Below, one piece after another: positions 24,831 to 37,318 of a stretch of 64,000 bases of DNA. The DNA is taken from contig RHPI01000003.1 in NCBI GenBank assembly GCA_009103225.1, positions 342,900 through 406,899 of the forward strand. Reading direction: 5' to 3'. The first letter of the stretch is position 1. Every line of letters begins with the position of its first letter. Source of the stretch: Chlorokybus atmophyticus (taxonomy: Eukaryota > Plantae > Mesostigma and Chlorokybus algae). Position numbers and translations under genes: made by a program. Below the pieces are notes generated by a model that worked only from the letters and a program-made list of their open reading frames with translations, searched no databases and was not told where the DNA came from.

Positions 24831-26171
24831 AGCTTGGCAGCTGCAGTGGTAGCTTCACTTGTACTTATTGATTGCACCAGCATGATAGGGCATTTTCTTG
24901 TGCATCAATTCTACCAATGAGTGAATCGGGGTTGTAAAAACACTGTTTGTTGCGGATATCATTTCGTTGGGCTGCGCATGACACCCAAATGGGATGCCTT
25001 GCTGAAACCATATTAAAGAAACGGAGAGCATTACGCAAAGCAAAAAACAAAAGGTATCATCAGCTGAAGGTCCTAGCACCATGAAAGTCACAACTCAAAT
25101 GGTTGGGACCATGAGGTAAGTGAGCTGCAGCTATCAGTAATATGTAATTATACATGCGTCTGGTTGCCTAACGTAGAGTATGCGTGCCAAAGCCTCATTA
25201 GTACCAATCTTAGCTTGCATACATAAAAATGCTTTTATGGTATCAGCCTGAGTAGCGGCTAGCCATCAAAACTATGGTAGTCGTGGTTGTTTAATCTTTG
25301 CTAGCTTGCTGGCTAAAAGCATCTGCGTTAAAACGCTTCTACATTGTCATTATAGTAACAAGAGCTTGTTAAGCTGGCGTATGCGATCACACACATCATC
25401 ATATACAACTTAGCAAACTGCCATGCCGATCCTTTATATCAAATGTGCGCAAATGAATAACGTTGGCTTGGAACTGTTTTCTTGCAGGAAGCATTTTCTA
25501 CCATTGCTTAATTCACGCTTTTTTTACTGGATTGGCAGAGCTTCTTAACATGCTTGCAGTCGTTTGCTTGCTTCGTCTATAACATCTTTCAACGCAAACA
25601 AAATATGGCGTAAACGAGAGTGCACAATACAACAACAACAACACAATATCAACCACTGCATTGCAGGCATGCAAGAGCACTAAAAAATGTCGCCAGGGAG
25701 CAACATCAGCAGTTTTTAGGCGTACGCGTGTATTACGATATATGTGCACTTTGAATGGCAGCCACACAGCTCAACGCTAGGAACCCTTGTCAACAAATAC
25801 CGCAATAAAAGCCCACCAGGCCGCTGCCGCTACCAGCTGTCGCCGTTGGGGATGAGGATTTTATAGACATGCTTAACGCCAATGCCATAACCCAAACCTT
25901 GATATGTGTATTAACACGCATTGAAAATTGCCGGCAACTTATACTTGTATTATACCGTATATATTTTAGCCCTACCCGTATTGTGCTACTATTGTTGAGA
26001 CTATGTTGAGATGTATTATTAAGAAAAAGGGTTCACATGCAGAGGTATGCACAAAGCTCGTGAGAAACGTCGATTAACAATGTGCTTGCATAAGGGTTAA
26101 ACTGCCATTACAGTTGACGCGGGTTGGGCGGTTGCACGGCAGCACCGACTTGACTAGATCATGTAGGCCTA

Positions 26172-26626
26172 CAATCTACCCTCGCTATAGTCACACTCGT
26201 TCTAATGATACCCTCTTGATAGTGACAAAATACTGAATGACGGTTATACATGAAGTAATTTATAACCCTTATTACAACTATCACACTCCTTGTAGGGACA
26301 ATCCATGCTAGCAGAGAACGTCACTATATCGGGGGCAACAAGTATAGTGTCTATTTATTAGGGTTGAAATACCTTGTTACAGTCATCAACTGTTATTACA
26401 TGGAATGGTGAAAACATTTGTATGTAATAAACATCAATCATTGTATTACGATGTTCAACTTTTTATGGATCACTTGCAACTAATACATTGCTGTGATCTT
26501 ATATCATACAGCGCTTGTTAAATGACAGATTGTTACTTAGTTATGATAACGCATTCATGCCTTGTAGTGCCTTATGGTGACGACATGACTCCACACATTC
26601 GTGGTCACTATAACGAGGGTAGACTG
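26172..26626. mobile_element. Tc1/mariner (pogo/Tigger-like) MITE, 455 bp
   Basis: TIRs CAATCTACCCTCGCTATAGTCAC and GTCACTATAACGAGGGTAGACTG, flanked by TA at 26170-26171 and 26627-26628. Confidence 0.9.
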
Positions 26627-26762
26627 TACCTGTATCATGTATGCTGGTGTAGGACGTGCCTACCTTGGTAGGTCGTCGGCAGAATTGATCTTTGTTTTGG
26701 CCAGAGCAGAGACAAAAGCGGCCAGGCCTAGAGCTCTAAGAGTAAGCGGCCGCCCCGCCTGC

Positions 26763-29152
26763 ATGCCGCTTGTCGTGTCGCTGCGCATGCTGCTGCGTGT
26801 CCACCCCGCCGCCGCCGCCGCCTCGCGCTGCGTCCCCGCCGCAGGCAGCCGTAGTAGCTCCAGCTCCAGCTCCAGCCTCAGCCTCCGCCGCAGCCAGGCG
26901 CAGCCGTGTGCTTCTGCGCTCGTGTTTCTGGGAGGGCGGCACAGCGGACTACGGCTGCACCGCACTCACGCCTCTTCTGCCACCAGCACCAGCGCCATGG
27001 CGGGCATGCAGAAGATCAAGGTCCAGAACCCCGTCGTGGAAATGGACGGTAAGGGCAACAGCCGCCCTGGGTGGGCGCGCATAGCAGACTGCAAACAAAG
27101 TCATACGTGTGTGTGATTGTGCAAACATCATTTGCCAGGTGACGAGATGACGCGCGTCATCTGGGCCATGATCAAGGACAAGGTAAGCAAGCTCTCGCTG
27201 CCCAGGTCACATGCACACCGGCATTCAGGTTCATGTCGATGCCGGTGCTGACGACAATGCACACATGACTCGAGTGATGTAATTGTCGTTGTGGCAGCTG
27301 ATCCTTCCGTTTCTGGACCTGGACATCAAGTACTACGACCTGGGCATCCTGCACCGAGACGAGACAGACGACCGCGTCACCGCCGAAGCAGCCGAAGCCA
27401 CGCTCAAGTGAGTAGAAGCAGCACATCCCTTCAATTGCATTCCAACTAGAATACGGTGCTCTGCAGAGAGTGCGCATACGAAGGGAAATAGATTCTTGCG
27501 ATTGCAATTGGCACGAGCAAGCATGCCTGTTCACCGTGCTCTGACACCACACACAGGTACAACGTTGCGATCAAGTGCGCGACCATCACGCCGGACGAGG
27601 CCCGCGTCAAGGAGTTCAACCTGAAGCACATGTGGAAGAGCCCCAACGGTGCGTGCAAGGCCGCCGCAACAGCAGTTTGTCTGCCGTTTCTGTGTGCTGA
27701 TGATTTGCTGTCTGCAGGTACGATCCGTAACATCTTGAACGGTACCGTGTTCCGCGAGCCCATCGTATGCAACAACATCCCAAGGCTCATCCCTAGTGAG
27801 TGATTGGTGTTGGGAGATTGATTGTCGCAGCTACTCTTTGGGGCTGCGACCGAGCGATTGAACATGTGCTGCCACGTTCTTCAGGTTGGAAGCAGGCGAT
27901 CTGCATCGGTCGTCACGCATTTGGCGACCAGTATCGCGCGACGGACATGGTTGTCAAGGGACCCGGAAAACTCACAGTCACATTCGGTACGCGCTCACAC
28001 GCACACTGCTTCAAGACATGTCCCTTACAGTCCTCATGGTAGTGCATCTTGTGCAATTGTAGTTCCCTCGGACGGCGGGCAGCCTCAGGAGCACGAGGTG
28101 TACGAGTTTGAGGGAGCTGGCGGCGTCGCGCTCTCCATGTACAACACAGACGAGGTCAGTACCACAACAACAACATGACGAGGATGTCAACTCAGCTGAT
28201 GTGCTTTTGTTTCAGTCTATCCGTGCGTTTGCCAAGTCGTCGATGACGATTGCGCTGGACAAGAAGTGGCCGCTCTACCTCAGCACAAAGAACACGATTC
28301 TGAAGAAATACGACGGACGGTGAGACCCATCTCGCCATGACGACAATGCGACACTGCAATCATGCTTGATGTTGCATGAGAGGCTAATTGATCGATTGCA
28401 GGTTCAAGGACATCTTCCAGGAGGAGTATGAGGCCAACTGGAAGAGCAAGTACCAGGAAGCAGGCATATGGTGAATGCGCTGTTGTGCGTCTGCAGAGCG
28501 GGCACAGAAGCGCGCCTCGCAACACGCCCTGATCACCGTGTGTCTCGTGTGTGCAGGTACGAGCACCGTCTCATTGACGACATGGTTGCATACTGCGTGA
28601 AGAGCGACGGCGGTTACGTGTGGGCGTGCAAGAACTACGACGGCGACGTGCAGTCCGACATGCTCGCTCAGGGATTCGGTTCTCTCGGCCTGATGACGAG
28701 CGTGCTGATGTGTCCTGACGGCAAGACGATCGAGTCCGAGGCGGCGCATGGGACGGTGCAGCGCCACTTTTACGTGCATCAGAAGGGCGGGGAGACGTCC
28801 ACAAACTCCATCGCGTCCATCTTTGCGTGGACGCGCGGACTGGCGTGGCGTGCCAAGCTCGACGACAACACGCGACTTGCAGAGTTCAGCCACGCGCTCG
28901 AGAAGGCGTGCGTCGACTGCGTGGAGAACAACAAGTTCACAAAGGACCTCGCGCTCCTCGTCTACGGACCCAAGTCAGTGACTCACCCGGCCGCCACTGC
29001 CGATTCAATGCCAGCACCAGCCACAGTAGTGTGTGCTCACTCTCTTTGCTTGCTTTGTCAGGGTTGCGCGCGAGCAGTACCTGAACACGGAGGAGTTTCT
29101 GGACGCGGTTGCGGATGAGCTAAAGAAGAATCTCACTCAGGCAAAGCTATGA
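26763..29152 (+). CDS. ICDH: NADP-dependent isocitrate dehydrogenase, 11 exons, with N-terminal extension and C-terminal AKL
   Basis: Exons 26763(or 26997)-27048, 27139-27182, 27298-27407, 27557-27648, 27718-27795, 27885-27986, 28063-28154, 28216-28319, 28402-28470, 28557-28973, 29062-29152, all GT-AG. Motifs [55 protein letters not shown]. Confidence 0.98.
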
Positions 29153-30089
29153 ACATTCCAAACTGACTATGCTCAAACAGTGTGTTGGCAAATCTCGTGC
29201 TCTGGATGCCACACACCATAGATGAAAATTGGTCATAGTCTTCCGTAACATGTACGTCTTGCTAACAACGGCTTGTGGACAGGCGTAGGTGTGACACTGC
29301 ACTGTGTGTCCACACTACAACAATTTGCTTATCAGCCCTGCGGAGAGATAACCGTCTGTCAAGCTGCAGCACGTACGGCGTAATTTTTGTAGTTCTCATC
29401 TTGGATCCGATTTACATCTTGCCAAACAGTTGCACCCTTCCCTCGTGGTAATACTAGCTGAAGAAAGGCCTTCAGCATTGCGCGTGCTTCCGCGCTCTGC
29501 ACTTTCGCTTTCCAGTCAACACATGATGCACCATGTCGTGACTGTGCTGTGTTCTAAGCCAGTCGCCCTGGTCACGTCGCGGTGGAGTTGGCACTGGTGC
29601 ATGCTCTCAAATGGGGCCAATCGCTTGTGCTCGAGTGACAAGGGTTGACCCTGCACATCAGCTGCAAGACATGATCGTCGAGCTTGGCATAGTGCACGAC
29701 TGACAGACAACTTTGCCACAATGCGCCTGCAATCAGCCTAACCCATGCATAACATCAATTCGGTGAGCTTGACCCTAAGCATGTACAGTGTTAGGTGGCA
29801 AGGCAGCGTGCATGGCATATCTCGCAGCCTGAGGCTCTGGTTGCTTCCTGCTGATGCACACCCCAGCAGTGCATGACACGAGCACGCCCAAATGCAACAT
29901 GTAACTCAGCAGGCAGACCTCAACCCACTTGAGCATCCTCAAGCTACCGGGTAATATCGCCTATGTTACCTATAGCTCGCGTCATGCGGTGATGCACACC
30001 ACCTCGGGCAGAGCGCGCAGGCCATCACGAGCAGCATCACACAACCTAGATGATGTCTGCAAGTGCGTGTATGTCTTTGTTTATTATTG

Positions 30090-32510
30090 TCAGGCTATGA
30101 GCCTGCTGCAAGCCTGCGCTACGCTGTGAACGGCCGCCTGCGCCATGGACACAGTGGACCCCAACATGCCGGGGCTGCCACCCGAGGCCGCAATGGCAGC
30201 CGCGAGCAAGGCAAGACACATGACAAAGGCTGTCACCACGGGTGGGCCTGCCACTACCGCAAACGCACCATCCACCGACGTGAAACTGCTGCTACTGCTG
30301 CATCCTCCTGCTTCTGCTGCTAAGCTAGGACCAAGCCTGCCAGTTCTTCTTCTGCCTGTCTTTTTGTTGCTGTGGCCCTGCCAAGTGCTGGCGAGGAGCG
30401 TGTCGCGTAGTGACAGCACCGCAGCGCGCAGGTCGCACGTGAACACCTGCAGAGCGTCACGCACTGCCTGCAATTTCCCCACACAGGTTTGGGTGAGTTT
30501 CTGGATTCATTGGTCGACAAGCAACACTATGTCAGCCTACATGGCAACACAACGTTGCCTGCAAACTGCACGATGTAGTGACTTTGCTGTCATGCAGCAG
30601 CAAAGCCCAAGCAGAATGACTCCAGATGCAAGTTGCACCAAGCACACTGCATGATGATGTACATACATCGAGGCAACCATCTCAACCTGTTTTCTTTTCA
30701 GCTCGGGGTCGTGGCCATTGAGTTCATTCACGCGGGCGTCCACACCGTCCGCCAACGCGCTGGCACTGGAACTTGTGCTGGAGGCCACGCCCCCCGATGG
30801 ATCCGCCCTGTCGGCTGTTGATGCGGCTGCAACCGCGCCCACGGGCACGGCCGCAGGCGCGCATGTGCCTGTTCCTGTGTTCAGCTGCTTCTGGTACTGT
30901 TCTCCAACATAGGGCGCGACGGACAGCGGTTTGCCGAATCGCACTCGTAGCGGATGCCTTGTCGGCGCGTACAGCGGCCTCCCCTTCGGCAATGCCTCCC
31001 TTGTGCCCTGCACGTATGTGGGAACCACGGGCGCTTTGAGTTTATGCGCAAGATACCCAACTCCCGTCTTGAAACGCTGCAGTGCGCCGTCCCGCGAACG
31101 CGTGCCTTCCGGGAATATTAACACCGCCGATGGAGACTGATCACTACTCTTTGCTTGGATGAGACGCAGGATGTCCACCTCCTTTTGGGAGAAGCCGCGG
31201 CGGTTGATCGGGATCACGTTCATGAAGTGAGACACGAAAAGGGCCTTGAGAGGGTTCTGGAAGAAGTAGTCGCGCGCGCCGAGGGCGTACACGCGATGGA
31301 CTCGACCCTCCCACGCAGCAACAAATACAGCACCGCAGTCGAGATGGCTCTGCGCGACACAACATCGTCCACACAGTGGTAGTTGAATCAAGCACGCAAC
31401 CACAGGACCAAGCATGCCATGAGCACAGCACTACTGGGTAAAAGGGACGTGCTACTTGACATGCCATGCATGAGATATTGATTGACAAACATGTGAACAC
31501 GATCTGCTCCATTGGATGCATTGTGTGCGTTTGTCAGCCACTGCGCTTGTGTGATGTGAACAAGTACGGTAGCACCACACCAACCTGATGGTTTGATGCG
31601 ATCAGGAAGAAGCCTTCCTGCAACGGCAGTAAGTCCGTACCGCTAGACTCCTGCCAAATTGGACCAGTTCGCGTTGCTGCTGTGTCAACCGAGGAGAAAC
31701 AGAGAACGACAGCAAATACCGAGCGAGTATGGCATCATGTATGGCTCAACTCTATTACACACTGAGAAACACGCAAAGGACACCACACTGCACAATGCCC
31801 TATCCACGCACAAATCAAGCGAACGACGCATTTGCAATCGCTTTGCAGAATGGCTGCATGCAAGGCCAACCTGCTGAAAGAATTGGTAGTAGAGCCAGCG
31901 ACCGAAACTCCAAAACGCTCTGTGCGGACGGTTCTTCGCACCAACGCGCAACCCGTCCACCTTTACCAAAGACATGACTACATGAACAACACCACAGATC
32001 CAGCTTCTTCTTGCTCTCGTCAACTTGTCCCAGATAACATGTATGCTAGCGACTGGCGGAGTGCATGCATGCGAGCTGCGTTGTGTGCCACTCTCTGTGT
32101 ATAGTGGTGCATGCCAGACAAGTCCATGGCAATGGCTGTGCACAGGCACGTCCCGCGATCGAGAGCTTGACAAGCAGCAAGCATGACATGGCCTGGTGGT
32201 GCGCACGCACACACACATGCTGTACCACGAGGCAGTCGTGTTTGTCGTCCCAGCTGATCCCCGCGCCGCCGCCCTCGGCATGTCCTCTACAGCGCACCGC
32301 GTCCAGACCATGCCACGATGGCCACAGCCTCCTTGGGTGCGGCCTGGTCAGGTGGCACGCTGGGCTGCTGCTGCCAGGCTGCCAACCACCAATATTTGTG
32401 CTCCTACGACTGCTGCCACTGCTAGCTGTCCTGCCTCTGCTGCTCGTCGTCGGCTGCGAGCGAGCCGCGTGTGATGGACCCGCGGGCCGCGTGCATGCGG
32501 TGGCCAGCAT
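30090..32510 (-). CDS. PlsC/LPLAT-family acyltransferase (1-acyl-glycerol-3-phosphate acyltransferase-like), multi-exon
   Basis: Spliced motif I NHQ|SHLD, then ARDYFF and FPEGTRSRDG.LQRFKTGVG in the main exon (31349 to about 30665). Upstream Ser/Arg/Ala-rich N-terminus from the ATG at 32510. The 5' and 3' exon structure is approximate. Confidence 0.85.
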
Positions 32511-33162
32511 GGTGCTGGTGCAGTGCACGAGGACGGCAGCGTTGAGGGGCAATCATGGGCGGCGACGGCCGGGCTGTGCTTGCCAGGCGGCAGCGATGAC
32601 GGTGACTTCCATCAGGTGCGCCGCGTGGACAATGCGCTACTACTACTGCGAAGCATGCAGTGATCAGGTGGGAGTGGGGTGTGGTTGTTGTTGTGGTGCT
32701 CTCCTCCGTCGTCGTCGTTGTTGTTCAGGACGCGCCCGCCGGCCCGTCGGTTCACTTTCCAGACGGGAGTGCTCCCGCAGGCACAGATTCGGGCGGGAGT
32801 CCATGCGTCGACCACGGTCCGCCCTCGCTGTAAGGGCACTGGTACGACCGTATAGCTTGTAGCTACCCGAGTCATGACAACACAAAGTCGTGAGGACTCC
32901 TTGCTGAAACCAAGCACACAAGTTCTCGCAAAGAGGGGTCCGCATGTTGCTTGAAGAATACACCGCAAGAAGCAGTTTAACACACGTGCACTATCAGCGC
33001 AAGGAGGGCAGGCATGGTAATAACGTATGCTCTCGGAGCCTTCCAACTCGCCCGCATTTAAAATGCCATCCGCAAGTGTAAGTGCAGCAAGTGGCAAGCA
33101 ATAGCAGGTCCAAATGATAGGCGAAGGAAAAAAAAGCAGAGAGAAAAGTGTGCATTTATCGA

Positions 33163-33418
33163 GGTGCATGACTCAACATCGGTTGACAATTCATTGCGCG
33201 AGGGGGTTTTTGCAGCTTGAGCAGTCGTTCTCCTTGTCTCCCTTGCTGCAAGCTAAGTGGTCGTGCATTGAAGTGGCAGCACGATACTTGGTGCCTGCGC
33301 CAATACCCACACCGACACACTCGCCGGGGTGCATGACTCGGCTATCACAAATCATTGACTGCGCAAGGGGGTCCTCGCTAATCGAGCAGTGCTCTCCTTG
33401 TCTCCCTTGCTGCAAGCT
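33163..33418. repeat. Pair of about 90-bp direct repeats
   Basis: 33163-33254 and 33328-33418 share ggtgcatgactc...ctccttgtctcccttgctgcaagct. Confidence 0.8.
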
Positions 33419-33827
33419 GAGTTCCCGTTTTTGTTTGTACCTTGTGATTTAAAAGTAGAATTATTAAGTAAAGTTTACCCCTGCATCATGCATGCTGTAT
33501 TCGTAGCCTGCAATCGTAAGAGCACCCCCCATTGCGCTGACATCATAGCTTCAAGTTGTATGCAGTGGAAGGCAATCTTTTTGCACAGCGTTGCAGCCAG
33601 CATTGAAAATGGATCCTATACCGCACTGACGGCAATGTGGAAAGTAAATACTCTGTTAATGAAAAAATGGAATGCGGTGGAGTGGTTGTAACTTATAACA
33701 TGAAAGACTGGCATGCAAAACGTGTCCTTTGAAAGCTTATTACTATCTACTTACAGATCACCCGGCTTTCTGCAACACCTTGAACTCAGTGAGGTTGAGT
33801 AATTAATTGCCGCATGACCAAAAGAAT

Positions 33828-34333
33828 TGTAATAATTGGGGCCCGACCATTAGGCTATGGTAGTAAAAGACGGTACCATGAGTACGGTCTGTCGCAATTT
33901 ATCCCAATTCGTGACATTCCTCCCCAGTTTAACCAATGAGTTCCTCATAATCCAATGAGGCCTTAGCCCACGTCGCCGTGTTCGCGGCCGTACCACAATC
34001 GGTCTGCTCGCGGCCTGTTGGATCCGGCCCACGAACGGTCCTGACCGACCGAACGGCCATCCTCACCACGCGACCTGCCATCACAGTACGACCGCTCACG
34101 CGGCCTTAGGTTGAACTGACTCGGCGCGCAGGTCGTGATCCCGTGCTCAGCCTAGGGCAGCCACCCCAAATGCTTTTGTTTTTGCCTTGGATCTGCCTCA
34201 GTCCCCTACGGGAATTGAACCTGAGACGTCAAGCTCCGTTAACATTGTAACATTAGGGCCCGACCACTAGGCTATGGTAGTAAAAGACACTACCACAAGT
34301 GAGGTCTGTCACAATTTATCCCAATTCGTGACA
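33828..34333 (-). mobile_element. TRIM (506 bp) with tRNA-type Pol III A and B boxes
   Basis: LTRs 33828-33916 and 34246-34333 (TG...CA); perfect TSD AGAAT; PPT GGGGAGGAA at 33917-33925; A box TAGCCTAGTGG at 34264-34274; B box GGTTCAATTCC at 34211-34221. Confidence 0.88.
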
Positions 34334-36315
34334 AGAATGCTGTCAAGTGCAATAAGATTGATTTTCAATATCAAAAAGCGACGTATGCATGCATAAAAAG
34401 TGCAATGCAAAGATAAGATTGTAAAGAATAAAGGGTAAGAGTTCATTTTATCAAGTTTTTTGTGACAATATATGATCAAGACAAGTGGTTTCAAGATTTA
34501 TCGAATGTTGAACCTAATGTAAAACTGACAACCAACCCTTTTTCGTGCATAAAGCTATTCAACTGTTTTAGCTTGCTTGTTTTTGCTCATGATGACATGC
34601 ATGGCATACAACACATTTAGCAGCTTGCATTCATGCTCACAAGTCAGTAACTAAAATAAGCATGCATGTTTGCACTATGGATAAGTATATACGCAAACAT
34701 GTATCTTGCAAACACTTACTCCAAGTTAATATTGTAACATCATATATAATTGCAAATTCATTACCGTATTGCTAGGCATGCTTTAGCTTCTAACAAATGG
34801 TAATGCAATTTAAGTGTAATTAGCAATACCTTCATGTAGAAGATAATCGACAGTTAAGAAATGCTTGTATATATTGCTTTTATATATTCGAACATGCGCA
34901 AACTGACAAATTGCTCATAGCCGCGCACAAAGGTCGTTATTGACGAAAACGCTGCTGAACGACCATTAAGAGTTGACTCAATTGAAGCAAGTTGAAAACG
35001 TGCCTGCAATAATGAAAGGCAAATGTGAATCTGAGCAAACGAAAGTCGACACTTCTCACTTGCTAGTTCATTATTCAACAGTCCTAACCATGTAAGCTAG
35101 CAATGCTGTTAGTGGTGAGTGGGTATCTTTTACAGGGGAGGGAATCGGATACTGCATACATACATGCTGCAGGTTGTTGTATGTCGGTGCTGCCATTCCC
35201 ACTGCACGCACTTGCACGCATATGCACGCACATAGTGTAGTGTAGTGATGCATCCAGTGGTTGAGTCAAGCAGCGGCCAGCTGCACCCCCCGGCCGAATG
35301 TTGTATTGTCATGTGTGTTGCTTTTCCTTCTAGCCATGGGTTGATGCATGTCCTAGGATACCGTATACATAGACACAACCAACCAACCCCACCACCCAAC
35401 CCTACCAGCTGCACCTAACCAGCACAACAGCACAGCCCCAGCGTACGACATAAACGTCCCTACCCCGCGCAGTGCTGACGTGAGCACTGCGTGGCAAGGG
35501 TTGTTGACAACAGCGGCACGCAGCAGCCCGCGCAGTGGTGGCTGAGAGGACGGCGGAGGCAGAGGGAGCGGAGGGAGCGGGGGGAGTCGTCCTGCATGTT
35601 GATGCTGTTGCAGCTGTGGCCGTGGTTGACAACGGACTGACCAGCGCCCATGTGAGCAGGTACTAACTGAATGCATGCTTGTATGTCTAACGGGGCGGGC
35701 TAGCATTGGTATAGTGTAGCAAGCAGCCATAGAACTAGCCCGGTGGTTAAATCTGTGTACAAAGCGTGTGTATGCTTGTGCTGATGCATGCCATTCGCAT
35801 TGTCCACACCATGCATGTTGCCACCGTACCATACCCCTTATATATACATACATACATACACATGTTGTAGTTGAAACCTTCGGGCGAGCAATGACAACAA
35901 GCCTACATTGTATTCGCGCAGCGCACAAAGTGGAGCAAGTGCGCAACCCAAGTTCTGTGATAGAGCACGACACATGCAATGCATTGCTTGTTATGATGTT
36001 GGAATCATGACAAGCACATGGTGCCTAATGCAATAATCGCAGTGGGCACCATGAGCACGCCAACAATCTCCATACATCACACGTAGTGAGCAAGTTACAA
36101 CTCGACGCAAGATTATGTGCTTTCAATGCAGCATATCCTGTCGGAGGTGCAAACGACCTACCCCTTGAACTGCAAGCGAACCGCGAGCGCTTGCAAGCAC
36201 AAACCTACATCATCAAAACGGACCCCCACAAGTACACCTCAAAATCTATCGCAATGCAGCACCAATTGCAGCATAGCAACTCCCAACAAGGTCACAACTG
36301 TCTGCTGCTCGCCCT

Positions 36316-37318
36316 CTATAGCAGCTTCTTGCGCTCGAAGAAGCTGCGCAGGTAGTAGAGCTGCAGGAGCGCCAGACCCACGCAGATGAAGAGCGTGAGC
36401 ACACTGAACCATGCCACTCGCCCGTTAAGGTTCTCTGCACACAGTTGCAGTACAAACAACAACAATCAGTCAGCGTGGAATCCATCAACAAGTGCAGCTC
36501 GTGTGCAAGTATGTTGCTTTTACTCACCGCTGATGTCTCGAAGCTCCTTTTCTCTATCTTTCAGATAGAGCTGCTCTTCATAGATGGAAGCGACAGTCTC
36601 CTCAAGCTGCCTCATCTCCAGTTCAATGCCCTTCAAGTTCTCCTTCTTCGCAATCGCCGTCCAATCCTGTGCAGCGCGTGTTGTCAGACACACACGCACT
36701 CAACTCGCACTCACAAGCTGCTGCTTCCCAGGCTGCACTGCATACGGGAATGAAATTGTGCTGGTAACATGAATGGACCTTGCCTTACCTTTGCTTCAAC
36801 ACCCGTCTTCCATTGCAGCTTCACTGAAAGCTTGCTCCCCCGATCAGCTGTTGGGCATGACTTTAGCACAGATTTGCTCATGCGCAACAATGCAATGCCA
36901 CACTTGAACAGCAGCAACAAGAAGGACAGCGTGCCTGCTGATGACCAGAAGCAGGCCTTGTATGTGCCGGAGTCTTTGGCAGTGAAGCCGAATGAGCCCT
37001 TGCTGCTGGCCTCGCGTGTGAAGATAATCTCACCGCGAGGAGAGCTGACAGTGGCCGTCACAGCACGCTCAGCTGGAAACACCACCTCGTACTCACCAAG
37101 CACAAGCACACCCTGCTGGATGTCCTCAGTCACGCACTTGGTCGTCCCGGGCTGCGATAAACAGTCTAATTGTGGCTGTGAACAGCAATCAACAACAACA
37201 ATGCATGCAATCTGTACACATCTACCAGGATGTCGAAGGTGAGGGCGTGGGAGGTGGAGGCCAGAAGCAGCACCAGCAGCGCAGTGGCAGCAGCCCAGGC
37301 AGCGGCCGTCGCATGCAT
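36316..37318 (-). CDS. TMED10: p24delta/emp24-gp25L cargo receptor, 5 exons
   Basis: Signal peptide MHATAAAWAAATALLVLLASTSHA; GOLD domain (KCVTEDI...Y..CF); WKTGVEAKDW.AIAKKENL coiled coil; TM segment; tail FFERKKLL*. Exons 37318-37226, about 37152-36935, 36847-36789, 36666-36528, 36434-36316. Confidence 0.95.

Noticed and set aside
32065-32862. 265-aa + strand ORF
   Set aside because: Antisense to the GC-rich 5' region of the acyltransferase; low complexity with no domain signal.
34190-34290. Functional tRNA gene
   Set aside because: A and B boxes are present, but acceptor and T stems do not pair and the sequence straddles a TRIM LTR boundary; treated as a tRNA-like promoter instead.
35460-35651. 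Short ORF starting MGAGQS (N-myristoylation-like)
   Set aside because: 63 aa, low complexity, with no downstream exon chain or homology I can recognise.
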